Of a DNA stretch of 64,000 nt, positions 37,556-47,070 are shown one piece after another. Below the pieces are notes generated by a model that saw only the letters and a program-made list of their open reading frames with translations, was not told the origin of the DNA and did no database searches. Source of the stretch: Minisyncoccota bacterium (GTDB lineage: Bacteria > Patescibacteriota > Minisyncoccia > Phycocordibacterales > JACRKE01); NCBI GenBank assembly GCA_041660505.1, contig JBAZWG010000001.1, forward strand, positions 179,979 to 243,978. Direction: 5' to 3'. A program made the position numbers and the translations under genes. Each line of letters opens with the position of its first letter. Positions within the stretch are counted from its first letter, which is position 1.

Positions 37556-38345
37556 GCTTTTTCTTTAGTTCGATAATAGATTTCTCGCGAAGAGCGGCTT
37601 GATATTTAAGTTTCTTCTCGAGGTCTTTGAAGAGATCGTTCTCTTCGTCGATTGCCGCCGCAAGCTTCTCCTTCCACGAGAACCATTCTGAACGTTTGAG
37701 TGCCACAATCTTCTGCTTCGAGCGCTTGAGACTGCTCTCGATGTCAAGCAAGGTCTGTTCGAGATCCTCCATACTGCTGTCCACATCCAGCTCCTCTCCG
37801 TCATCCGATTCTTCGAGAAGCCGCAGTCCGATCAAGTCGCCCCTCGCGTAGGCGTCGTTCACTTTCTGCATCATCTGCTCGCGCTCTTTCTTCTCGCCAT
37901 CGTCTTGCACTAAGTCGGGGTGGAAGCGGAAGGCCAGTTTGCGCCAGAGCTTCTTGAGCTCGAGGCCGTTCGCGGGCGTCGCCGCACTGCGTCGCATCAT
38001 GCGATCGTACTCTTCGTGCATTCGGCTGTCTTCTTCGTCGCGTTTTGTTTGCTCGGCTTCAGCACGGCCGGCGAGGATTTTCTGTGCTTCTTTAAGCGTC
38101 ATATCTTTATCAAGCAAGTCGCCCAATTTGCGCAATGCGAATATCGACTCATCAAGCTCATCAATTTTCAGGTAGAGCACTCCTATCGTCGTGTCATAGA
38201 GATGCTTGATTTGCATCAGCTCGTTACGGAGCGTTTGCTCGTCTCCGGCCGTGTCGGCAAGGAGCTTCTTCTTGCGCATGATGACCGCACGAATGCGCTT
38301 TTTGACCAATGGTTCGTCTACAGAATTAGCCTTTTTCTTCGCCAT
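37545..38345 (-). CDS. Coiled-coil protein with internal J domain
   Basis: LKKLWRKLAFRFHPD...M.KVNDAY. Confidence 0.85.
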   Translation of the reverse strand: MAKKKANSVDEPLVKKRIRAVIMRKKKLLADTAGDEQTLRNELMQIKHLYDTTIGVLYLKIDELDESIFALRKLGDLLDKDMTLKEAQKILAGRAEAEQTKRDEEDSRMHEEYDRMMRRSAATPANGLELKKLWRKLAFRFHPDLVQDDGEKKEREQMMQKVNDAYARGDLIGLRLLEESDDGEELDVDSSMEDLEQTLLDIESSLKRSKQKIVALKRSEWFSWKEKLAAAIDEENDLFKDLEKKLKYQAALREKSIIELKKKLGI

Positions 38346-38394
38346 AATCTGTTAATTATAGCATATTTCCCCGCTTTCAGCTATACTAGAGTAT

Positions 38395-38847
38395 ATGTTA
38401 CATGATGATATAAAAGCGAGCATCAAAGACGCGATGCGAGCCAAGGATGAGGTTCGCCTACGGACCTTGCGCGGAATTCTGGCGGCATTTACCAATGAGC
38501 TGGTCGCGACCAAACGCACCCCGCAAGAGATGCTCCCGAACGAGGACGGCATAGCCGTTATCCGCCGGCTGGTCAAACAGCGCAAGGATTCGATAGACCA
38601 ATTCGAAAAAGGCGGCCGTCAAGATCTGGTGGAAGGCGAGAAAGCCGAGATGAGCATACTCGAAAAGTATCTGCCACAGCTGATGCCCAGAGCCGATATT
38701 CAGATCCTGGCCGAAGCCAAGAAAGCCGAGCTTAATATTTCCGACAAATCCAAAGCAGGTATCCTCACCGGCGCCCTGATGAAAGACTTGAAAGGCAAGG
38801 CCGACGGTGCAGATGTGAAGGCGGTCGTCGATTCGCTATTCGCTTAA
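38395..38847 (+). CDS. YqeY/GatB-domain protein
   Basis: AMRAKD..RL..LR, KQRKDSI.QF..GGR.DL, YLP, GKADG. Confidence 0.92.
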   Translation: MLHDDIKASIKDAMRAKDEVRLRTLRGILAAFTNELVATKRTPQEMLPNEDGIAVIRRLVKQRKDSIDQFEKGGRQDLVEGEKAEMSILEKYLPQLMPRADIQILAEAKKAELNISDKSKAGILTGALMKDLKGKADGADVKAVVDSLFA

Positions 38848-41444
38848 AGATTCTTCAAGAACTTCTCGACGTCTTTTTGCGCTTTTTTGTGCCACAAGAG
38901 GCGACCTTCTACACTCTCAATTGCTTGGGCGAATGGCCTCTCGGCGCCTTTTTGTTTGTTTTTGTTTTTATTCCAGAATAATTTAGCGGCTTTTACTTGT
39001 TCTTTGGTTTGGAAATGGCCGAAGAAGCCTAATGCCATAAAGTTAAACAAACTGCCGGTGTGCGAGAATCTATCATAAAGCAGTCCCCAATTCTTCTCTG
39101 TCCAGCGCCACAATACTTCACTCGCTTCAGGGTTCGCAATGACGCCCGCTTGCACCGTACGCGAATCTTGCGGGCGCACCATGTCAGACATAGAGAAATC
39201 AAGCGTGCGCAATGCCAACGCGGAGTCGCGGAAGAACCCAAGTGCGATAGCCAATCTCTGCTTCTCTTCTTGCATGCTTTCTTTATGCCATAAGGCGAGC
39301 ATCTGCTCGTACTCTTTCACATTGCCGTGCAAGGCGACGGTCTGATAGACGCCCGCACGCAGGTCGGGATATATTTCTGCGCCCGATGCCACATGCGCGT
39401 CGAAGAGCTTCTCTGCATGCTCGACAGTTGCCGTATGCCCATACCGGCCGAGTTGGCCAAAGGTAAGCGAGCGCAGGAGCGAGGTACTATGGCTGTCGTC
39501 TTTTTTGGGCTGGTAACCCAACGTGTCCATCACTGTAGCGAACAAATTTCTCGCGTAGGCACGCAACTTTTTTTGCAATGGATTGCCGTGCAACATAAGG
39601 TCTACCGCGCCGATGACACCGGCGATTTCCGACCAGACATTATAATTATCTTCATGCTCGTAGGCGGCAAGCAAATCAAGCACTGTATATGTCGATATCC
39701 GGCAGGCCCGAGTAGAGGCGAATGCATCGCTCAAGATACTCAAGCGGTCGATGGGCGAAAGCTCCTTGTTTCGAATAGGTTCATATAGTTTCGCAAGGAG
39801 TTCTTTGCTGTATGCGGTACGAAAGAACCCGGCCTGGCCGGCATTAACAAGTGTCCAGTCGGCTGATGCACCGACTAAGACTTGGGCTTGTTTCTTGGTC
39901 AATAAAGTTTTCTCGAGTTGCTTCTTCCCTGCCTGCTCGATAAGTACCGGAATCTGCCAGACTGCATTCTTCTTTGTTGCTGATTTTGGATTCGAGAAGA
40001 ACCTTTCTTGCGAAAGCACTATTTTATCAGACTTAAGAGAGGCAGAAACAATCGGGTAGCCTGGCTCGCCGATCCAATTCGTCATGAGTTTCGCCACATT
40101 GACACCCGATACTTTAGTGAGCGAATCCCACAAATCTTTCGTCACTGTATTTTTGTACGAATGTTTTTTGAGATAATGTTGCAGACCTTTTTGGAACGTC
40201 TTCGGCCCGAGGAAGGCGTGGAGCATATGAATCACCGAGGCGCCCTTGTGATAGCTCACCGCATCGAAAAGCGAAGAGATCTCCTTAGGATGATGTACCG
40301 GGACTTCAATCGGGTGAGTCGAGGCAAGTGCGTCCAAATGCAAAGCTTCCGCCTTGTCCATGGTGTGGAACTGTTCCCACATATTCCATTCTGGATGAAT
40401 ATGATTCATCGCGAGGAATTCAATCCACGAGGCGAAGCCTTCATTAAGCCAGAGCTGGGTCCACCACTCCATAGTAACAAGGTTGCCGAACCATTGGTGC
40501 GCCAGCTCGTGCGCAATTACGAGCGTAACTCTCTGCTTTGCCGCCGCAGATGAATGATCCGGATCGACGAGCAAGCCGGTCTCGCGATATGTTATAGCGC
40601 CCCAATTCTCCATAGCCCCGACGGGAAAGTCGGGCACAGCGATGAGGTCGAGTACCGGCAACGGGTATTTTATGCCAAAATAATCGGTGTAAAATTCTAA
40701 TATCTTGACTGTTGTGTCGAGCGCATACTCTGACTGATGCTTCTTGCCGGGTGTCGCAAAAATTCTTACACGCACCCCGCCCTTCGTCTTCGCTTCAACG
40801 TAATCAAAGTTACCGACAATAAAGGCGACGAGATAGGTCGACATCCTCGGCGTCGGCGCGAACTTGACGATTTCGTACAGCCCCTCCCCTGCCCCTCCCC
40901 GAAGGAGAGGGGTTTCTATTTCTCGGTCAATCTCGTAGGTATTCGAAATTGCAATCTGCCCCTTCGGCACCATCAAAGTAATATCGAAGATTGCCTTCTG
41001 CGAAGGCTCATCGAAGCATGGGAAGGCACGGCGAGCATCTACAGGCTCGAATTGAGTCGTAGCCAACGTGCGCTTCTCGCCCTCATGTTCGTAGGTACTG
41101 CGATAGAATCCGGCGAGCTTCTCTGTGATTTTACCATTGAAGGCGAGTTCGAGCTCGCACTTCCCTTGTACTGCTTTTGCAAACGTAAAGGTTGCTGTCT
41201 CTTCTGCCGGGTCGTACGACACAATACCTTCTTGTCTGCTCTTTTTTTGAGACAGAAAAACAGAGCTTATCGTCAGATCAGCAGAGTGCAAAGTTATAGC
41301 TTTTGTTGGTTTTGCAAGCGCAAGCTCGATAGTTTCTTCGCCCTTAAACGTCTTATGATTGTGGCTCGGGTGGATCATAAGACGGTAACGGCTTGGGCTT
41401 ACATTTGACGATAAACGTACTGATTTTGCTTTATTTTTTTGCAT
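38844..41444 (-). CDS. pepN: M1 family aminopeptidase (puromycin-sensitive type)
   Basis: GAMENWG, HELAHQWFGNLVT..WW..LWLNEGFA. Confidence 0.93.
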   Translation of the reverse strand: MQKNKAKSVRLSSNVSPSRYRLMIHPSHNHKTFKGEETIELALAKPTKAITLHSADLTISSVFLSQKKSRQEGIVSYDPAEETATFTFAKAVQGKCELELAFNGKITEKLAGFYRSTYEHEGEKRTLATTQFEPVDARRAFPCFDEPSQKAIFDITLMVPKGQIAISNTYEIDREIETPLLRGGAGEGLYEIVKFAPTPRMSTYLVAFIVGNFDYVEAKTKGGVRVRIFATPGKKHQSEYALDTTVKILEFYTDYFGIKYPLPVLDLIAVPDFPVGAMENWGAITYRETGLLVDPDHSSAAAKQRVTLVIAHELAHQWFGNLVTMEWWTQLWLNEGFASWIEFLAMNHIHPEWNMWEQFHTMDKAEALHLDALASTHPIEVPVHHPKEISSLFDAVSYHKGASVIHMLHAFLGPKTFQKGLQHYLKKHSYKNTVTKDLWDSLTKVSGVNVAKLMTNWIGEPGYPIVSASLKSDKIVLSQERFFSNPKSATKKNAVWQIPVLIEQAGKKQLEKTLLTKKQAQVLVGASADWTLVNAGQAGFFRTAYSKELLAKLYEPIRNKELSPIDRLSILSDAFASTRACRISTYTVLDLLAAYEHEDNYNVWSEIAGVIGAVDLMLHGNPLQKKLRAYARNLFATVMDTLGYQPKKDDSHSTSLLRSLTFGQLGRYGHTATVEHAEKLFDAHVASGAEIYPDLRAGVYQTVALHGNVKEYEQMLALWHKESMQEEKQRLAIALGFFRDSALALRTLDFSMSDMVRPQDSRTVQAGVIANPEASEVLWRWTEKNWGLLYDRFSHTGSLFNFMALGFFGHFQTKEQVKAAKLFWNKNKNKQKGAERPFAQAIESVEGRLLWHKKAQKDVEKFLKNL

Positions 41445-41452
41445 AGAAATTA

Positions 41453-42529
41453 CTATATCACAAGTTTATGTTGCCTCAAAACAGCTTCGACATCTTGAGA
41501 ACTTTCTGTTTGCATAAGCGCAATTTTTAGTTCTTTAGCGTGTATGTGCCCTGCCATGTACGAGCCGAAGTGTTTACGCATAACAGCAAATGGCTTTATG
41601 CCTTTATACAATTTTTCGAAGAGTCCGGCATGCTCAAGCATTACTTTCGCGCGTTCTTCATAAGGCAAATCCTCGCGCGAAACTTTCGGATTAAACAGCC
41701 ACGGATTACCGAATATGCCACGCCCGATCATTACGCCGTCTACGCAATATTTCTCGGCCATTGTTTTGGCCTCGTTCATGTTTCTTACATCACCGTTGCC
41801 GATGCATAAAATTCCGCCAGCTGGCGGATTTACCGCCGCATGAATTAATTTTGCCGCCTTGGCAATTTCATCCCAATGCGCCGGCACTTTCGACATCTCT
41901 TTCTTTGTCCGCCCGTGAATAGTGATTGCTGCCGGTTCTGACTTTATAATTTCACTTATCCATTTTTCTGTAATAATACTGTTATAACCTATGCGGGTCT
42001 TAACCGACACCGGTATCCGCCGGCTGGCGGACATCGCGCCCTCCTTCGCCGCTTCAATAACTTCACGCGCAAGTTCCGGGTTATTTATCAAATCCGCGCC
42101 GGCTTTCTGCTTATTCACAGACTTGTCCGGGCAACCCATATTGATGTCCACACCGTCGAAGCCAAGCTCACTCGCCAATTTTGCACAATAATAAAAGTTC
42201 TCCGGTTTCGAACCGAAAAACTGCGCCACTATCGGCCGCTCGCCTTCGCTGTATCGCAAATCCAAAAGTAATTTTTCTCTTGCCTTTTCATGTACAAGAC
42301 CGTCGCAGGATACTTGCTCGGTCCAAAATACAGTTTCGCCTTGAGGAAAAGGGTGTTTGGAAATGGTCTGGCCGAGGCGCAAGCCGAGGAGATCCGAGGA
42401 CCTTTCCAAAGACCTCTTTTCGAGAGGAAAACTATATTTTGCCACTATTTGCCGAAATGCCGCGTCGGTGACATCAGCCATTGGGGCCAATGCAAAGAAA
42501 GGTTTAGGTAATTTAGTCCAGAAAGACAT
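41453..42529 (-). CDS. dus: tRNA-dihydrouridine synthase (with in-frame repeat insertions)
   Basis: LAPMADVTD, DINMGCP, SVKTRIG, HGRT, GNGDV, MIGRG. Confidence 0.93.
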   Translation of the reverse strand: MSFWTKLPKPFFALAPMADVTDAAFRQIVAKYSFPLEKRSLERSSDLLGLRLGQTISKHPFPQGETVFWTEQVSCDGLVHEKAREKLLLDLRYSEGERPIVAQFFGSKPENFYYCAKLASELGFDGVDINMGCPDKSVNKQKAGADLINNPELAREVIEAAKEGAMSASRRIPVSVKTRIGYNSIITEKWISEIIKSEPAAITIHGRTKKEMSKVPAHWDEIAKAAKLIHAAVNPPAGGILCIGNGDVRNMNEAKTMAEKYCVDGVMIGRGIFGNPWLFNPKVSREDLPYEERAKVMLEHAGLFEKLYKGIKPFAVMRKHFGSYMAGHIHAKELKIALMQTESSQDVEAVLRQHKLVI

Positions 42530-42611
42530 AAGTTACCTATTATGCAATATTTTTAGCCTTTACGCTAGGTCGGTTGCGGTGAGCCAGTTTAAATTTTGGG
42601 CAGCGTATCTC

Positions 42612-43352
42612 TTACTGATATCCGCCATCTACCACGAGAGTTGCACCCGTGATGAAACTTGCGTCATCTGAGCAGAGGAATAGGGCCGCATTTGCTATCT
42701 CTTCCGGCCGACCCCATCTACCCAAGGCAATCTTCTCTGTTTCGCTTTTAACAAGCTCTTGTGGCAAGTCCTTGTTTATTTCTGTATCAACCCAGCCTGG
42801 AGCTATTGAGTTTACCCTGATTTGAGGGGCTAGAGCTTGAGACATGTTCTTCGTCAGACTAATGACTCCTGCTTTTGAGGTATCGTAGTCTGCCGAATCC
42901 GGACTTAATGAATCAATGCCGTTTGTTGAAGAAATATTAAGGATCGACGCACCAACCCTATTTTTCATATGTGGCACGGCATATTTAGCACAAAGAAAAG
43001 TTCCTATCAAATTGACGCGGAGGACTCGTTCCCATTGTTCAACAGTTTTTGTAAATATGGGAATATCCCAAACGATACCAGCATTATTAACCAAAATATC
43101 AATTGCCCCGAAGTGCTGTGTCGTTTCGCTAATCATTCTTTTCACATCGTCTTCGCTCGCCACGTCCGCCTGGATTGCAATAGCACCTACGCCCAAACCT
43201 CGTATCTCTGCCACCACTTCATCGGCAGCTGATTTGTTTTTTACATAGTTCACCACGATACTGGAACCTTCTTTGGCAAAAACTATAGCTGTTGCCTTGC
43301 CGATTCCTCTGCTTGAACCCGTAATAAGTGCTACTTTGTTTCTTAATTTCAT
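42612..43352 (-). CDS. Short-chain dehydrogenase/reductase (FabG-like)
   Basis: TGSSRGIG, NNAG, Y...K (YDTSK), VDGG. Confidence 0.93.
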   Translation of the reverse strand: MKLRNKVALITGSSRGIGKATAIVFAKEGSSIVVNYVKNKSAADEVVAEIRGLGVGAIAIQADVASEDDVKRMISETTQHFGAIDILVNNAGIVWDIPIFTKTVEQWERVLRVNLIGTFLCAKYAVPHMKNRVGASILNISSTNGIDSLSPDSADYDTSKAGVISLTKNMSQALAPQIRVNSIAPGWVDTEINKDLPQELVKSETEKIALGRWGRPEEIANAALFLCSDDASFITGATLVVDGGYQ

Positions 43353-43493
43353 CTAGGATATGTTAATTTCTTCCTTGCAAGTATAGCATCGATGTAAACA
43401 CTGTACCACAAACGAGCCAGAACATATCACTACATTTTTAGACGGCCGTCACGATTTGTAGTGTTTTTACATCGAGTTTGATATAATTAATCT

Positions 43494-44054
43494 ATGGCGA
43501 TTAAATACACCTACAAGGGTGCTCCGGAAATTATTCTGACACTTCTCGACCAATCAAAAGACTGGGATACTCGAGAATTCCTGACCATGGCAGTCAATGA
43601 GCTACAGCCACTCATTGTTAGAAAAAAATACACCGCAAAACATTATGCCTCCCTTTCGGTAGAACGACTCTGCTCGCAGGGACTCGTCATCAAAACAGTC
43701 CGAGGCAAGAAGGAATTCTACATGATTACCAAAATGGGTGAACGTAAGCTCAGAGACACACAAAGAAAGAAGATAAAAATTACGAAGACAGTATGGGACG
43801 GTAAATGGCGAATGGTAATTTTTGATATCAAGGAGACAAAACGAAAAAAACGAAATCTTTTGCGCAGAGAGCTTAAGGCCCAGGGTTTCGAGAGACTTCA
43901 GCAAAGCGTCTGGATATATCCTTATGAATGTTACGACTACGTTGCACTGCTTAAAACATCGTTCGCGAGCAACGCAGAGATTCTGTATGCAATCGTCGAG
44001 AAGCTTGAGAATGACGAATGGCTACTTAAAAAGTTCGGGCTGAAAGGAAAATAA
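43494..44054 (+). CDS. PaaX-like protein (wHTH plus Cas2-like domain)
   Basis: WDGKWRMVIFDI.E..R..R..LR..L...GF..LQQSVW. Confidence 0.85.
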   Translation: MAIKYTYKGAPEIILTLLDQSKDWDTREFLTMAVNELQPLIVRKKYTAKHYASLSVERLCSQGLVIKTVRGKKEFYMITKMGERKLRDTQRKKIKITKTVWDGKWRMVIFDIKETKRKKRNLLRRELKAQGFERLQQSVWIYPYECYDYVALLKTSFASNAEILYAIVEKLENDEWLLKKFGLKGK

Positions 44055-44118
44055 AATACTACAAAATTAGACGGCCGTTCAAAAATGTAGTAAATCCGGG
44101 TTTCAAGAATTATGACCT

Positions 44119-46503
44119 TTACGCTAGGTCGGTTGCGGTGAGCTCTATCTTTGACCCAGCAGGCAGTTCGCCGGCGATTATTTTGCGGGCAATCAGGCCC
44201 TCTACCTTATCTTGAATAGCGCGGTTCATCGGGCGGGCGCCAAACTTGGGGTCGTAGCCTATTAACACAACGCTATCCAATACAGCCTGATTAATAACGA
44301 AATCAATTCCCTTCTCGCGCAGGCGCGCCTGCAATTTCTTGAGGAGCATCTCGGCGATCTTAGTGATATTCTCCTTCGACAATGGTTCGAAGAATATCGT
44401 GCCGTCGAAGCGATTCATGAGTTCCGGCTTGAGCGTCCCGTTCGCGACAAGCGCGTTGGTCAGCTCCTCTTTATGCTCGGCCAAGTTGCCGCCGCTCTCG
44501 ACAATTTTGAAAATATCATCACTCCCGGCGTTTGAGGTGGCGATGAAAATAACATTGCGTGCGTTTACCTTCTCGCCGGAGGCATCGGCGAAGACGCCTT
44601 CATCCAGCACTTGCAGGAACAAGTCTTTTACATTATTCGACGCTTTCTCAAATTCATCCAGTAAAAGTACGCCGTATTTCTTGTCGCGAATCATAGATGA
44701 CATCACGCCCGGCTTGCCGAGGCTGAAGGAGCCGATCAGGCGGTCGATGGCGTCCGATTCTTTGTACTGATTCATGTCGAGACGCATCATACTCGACTCG
44801 TCGCCGAAGTAGGCGCCGGCCAAGGCTTTTGCCGTCTCGGTCTTACCCACGCCGGTCGGCCCCAAGAAGAGGAAGGTGCCGATGGGGCGATTTGGATTCT
44901 TGATACCGCTACGAACACGACGAAGTGCGTCAGCCACTGCCTTAATCGCTTGTTCTTGGCCGATTACGCGCTGATGTAAATATTCCTCGAGATGTTCCAG
45001 CTTGCTTTGTTCATCCATGCCAATCGCGCCGACAGGAATTTTTGTTTTTAATTTCACGAACTGGAGCACATCTTCTTTAGAGACGAAAAAATCATGGTCG
45101 CGTACGAGAGTTGATGATAAGTCCATGAGCAGGTCAACGGCCTTGTCCGGCATAATGCCGTCCGTAATATACTGCTCGGCACATTCCACGATAGACACGA
45201 GTGCCGGATATGTAAAAGTTAGCCCGCTCTTGTCTTCGATGTCGGCACCCATGCGCGCGATTAGTGCAACAACAGCATCGTGATTAGGTTCGTCGATACT
45301 TATCTTCTCGAACTTTGACATGAGCGATTGATTGGATTCAAAAAGCTTATGGAAATTCGCTGCGTCGGAGAGCGCGATAATCTGGATTGCAGAAGACGCA
45401 AGGACGGGAGCAAGCAAGGCTGTAACGTCTGAACCCAAAGCTTGCGCGGAACTATAAAAGGCGGCAAAGTCGTCGAAGATAAGTAGAATATTACCGGCGT
45501 GAATGGCTTCTTTGATTGTTAGCTGGAACTCCGTCTCGAAGACGTCTTTGGCTTTTGAGCCGGAGACAAGAGCGACACCATGGAAGCGAACGGTACGTTT
45601 ATGGGCGAGCTGAGCCGTTGTTTTACCGGTCAAAATCTTGTCGGCCAGACCATTTATAATATCCACGACCCCTGCCCCGGGATGGCCAACCAAGAATACA
45701 TTAGTCTCATCCGCGCGCGAGAGCGCCACCTCGATGCGGCTGATTTCAGCCTCGTGCATATCGCTCTTTACGCGGTCCATTATCCCCTTGCGCGTGCGGG
45801 TAATGTCCTCACTATAGCGATCGAGCCGAAAGGTGTCCCCATAGGCCCAATCTTTGCCGATACTTTTTATACTGCCGAGATTCTCTGCTGTCCACCAGCG
45901 CTCCTTCTGCCGGCGTACATTCTCTTGATCCATTACAAGGGCGACAGTGCCGGTAAACTCTTTCTCGCCTGCTGCAACATTAAATAACACGTCGCGCAAA
46001 GCCACTTCGGCCAAGAACAATTCGCGCGAGAATGTCTTAAATGAACAAAGTGCCTCGTCCGAAGGTGTAAATGGCGAGGCAGAAGCCAAGCGCGGTGCTT
46101 GTGCCAGCGAATTTATCGCCGCCGCCTCCATACCGAGACGGAGCAATACTTCGTAGCCCGCGCGAGATTCGACGTAAGCGCGGAGGTAATCGTTCTCATA
46201 TCTTCCTCGATTTGCGATAATGTAAGCCTCTATCCAGTAGGGCTCATGGTCGGAGTCGTAGGAACGCTCATATGCATCAAGCAAGATTAGGCAAATCCAC
46301 AGAACCAGCAAAAGCGCGAGGACTCCGAGGAGGCGCACAGCGATACTCGGCACAGAGATGAAATAGTGGGCATACGCCAAGAAAAGAATACCGACAATCA
46401 TGAAAATCTTGGTAGCAATAAGAAGAATTTTGCGCGACTTATTGGTCAAGATGCTGTCGAGACCAGCAAGCGATTTGGCGGTCATTAATGTGTATGCATT
46501 CAT
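44119..46503 (-). CDS. ClpA/ClpB-family AAA+ ATPase with N-terminal TM helices and degenerate first ATPase module
   Basis: D2 FLGPTGVGKTE, LLDEFEK, GARP intact; D1 Walker A reads GHPGAGVV. Confidence 0.88.
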   Translation of the reverse strand: MNAYTLMTAKSLAGLDSILTNKSRKILLIATKIFMIVGILFLAYAHYFISVPSIAVRLLGVLALLLVLWICLILLDAYERSYDSDHEPYWIEAYIIANRGRYENDYLRAYVESRAGYEVLLRLGMEAAAINSLAQAPRLASASPFTPSDEALCSFKTFSRELFLAEVALRDVLFNVAAGEKEFTGTVALVMDQENVRRQKERWWTAENLGSIKSIGKDWAYGDTFRLDRYSEDITRTRKGIMDRVKSDMHEAEISRIEVALSRADETNVFLVGHPGAGVVDIINGLADKILTGKTTAQLAHKRTVRFHGVALVSGSKAKDVFETEFQLTIKEAIHAGNILLIFDDFAAFYSSAQALGSDVTALLAPVLASSAIQIIALSDAANFHKLFESNQSLMSKFEKISIDEPNHDAVVALIARMGADIEDKSGLTFTYPALVSIVECAEQYITDGIMPDKAVDLLMDLSSTLVRDHDFFVSKEDVLQFVKLKTKIPVGAIGMDEQSKLEHLEEYLHQRVIGQEQAIKAVADALRRVRSGIKNPNRPIGTFLFLGPTGVGKTETAKALAGAYFGDESSMMRLDMNQYKESDAIDRLIGSFSLGKPGVMSSMIRDKKYGVLLLDEFEKASNNVKDLFLQVLDEGVFADASGEKVNARNVIFIATSNAGSDDIFKIVESGGNLAEHKEELTNALVANGTLKPELMNRFDGTIFFEPLSKENITKIAEMLLKKLQARLREKGIDFVINQAVLDSVVLIGYDPKFGARPMNRAIQDKVEGLIARKIIAGELPAGSKIELTATDLA

Positions 46504-46512
46504 GATGTGTTC

Positions 46513-46917
46513 TTAGGCTATTGGCCTGAAGATAAACGTGAATCCGGCAAATACCAGAATAATCAAAAATATTGGCAAGAGCATCCAGAGCAATATCATT
46601 CCAACTCCGCCGACTATCACTAAAGCCGTTGCGACCAGACCGATGACGATAGTGACGGTTCTGATGAGCAGGCCGACGACCCGCATAATGCTGTTGAATA
46701 TCACGTGCTCCATGATAGCGCCCGGATTGATGGTGTGTGAGGCACCTTCGTTCATGCGTTTCCAAGGCGAAATGAGAGTGAGCAAAAGATTCGGTATCGA
46801 AAAATAATGAATCACAAAATACAAAATATGCCCCCAGTTTACGAGCAATTCTTTGAGCCCTTTGGTGTAATGCCAAATGAGATAATTGGGGAGAAGCAAG
46901 GCGATAGGCATGACCAT
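46513..46917 (-). CDS. Small membrane protein adjacent to the Clp ATPase
   Basis: WHY...FSIP.LL.TL.SPWKR; hydrophobic. Confidence 0.75.
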   Translation of the reverse strand: MVMPIALLLPNYLIWHYTKGLKELLVNWGHILYFVIHYFSIPNLLLTLISPWKRMNEGASHTINPGAIMEHVIFNSIMRVVGLLIRTVTIVIGLVATALVIVGGVGMILLWMLLPIFLIILVFAGFTFIFRPIA

Positions 46918-47070
46918 ATTATATCACTGCCGCCACGCAAACGCTGTGTATAAAATTAAGAGACCTCGGCCACAAAAAGGTATCTGAAATAAAACACAGC
47001 CGCTCACGAGGAACGGCTGGTTGAGGAAATTCCTCGAAGAACTAAAAATTGTCTTGGCCAAGTACTCGGA

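Larger units (their letters stand above)
42557..44143. mobile_element. Small insertion bounded by 28-bp direct repeats
   Basis: CCTTTACGCTAGGTCGGTTGCGGTGAGC at 42557-42584 and 44116-44143; the second copy is the 3' end of the Clp ATPase gene. Confidence 0.75.

Noticed and set aside
43494-44054. CRISPR-Cas locus suggested by the Cas2-like domain
   Set aside because: No repeat-spacer array, cas1 or other cas genes seen in the window; the protein fits the PaaX-like family
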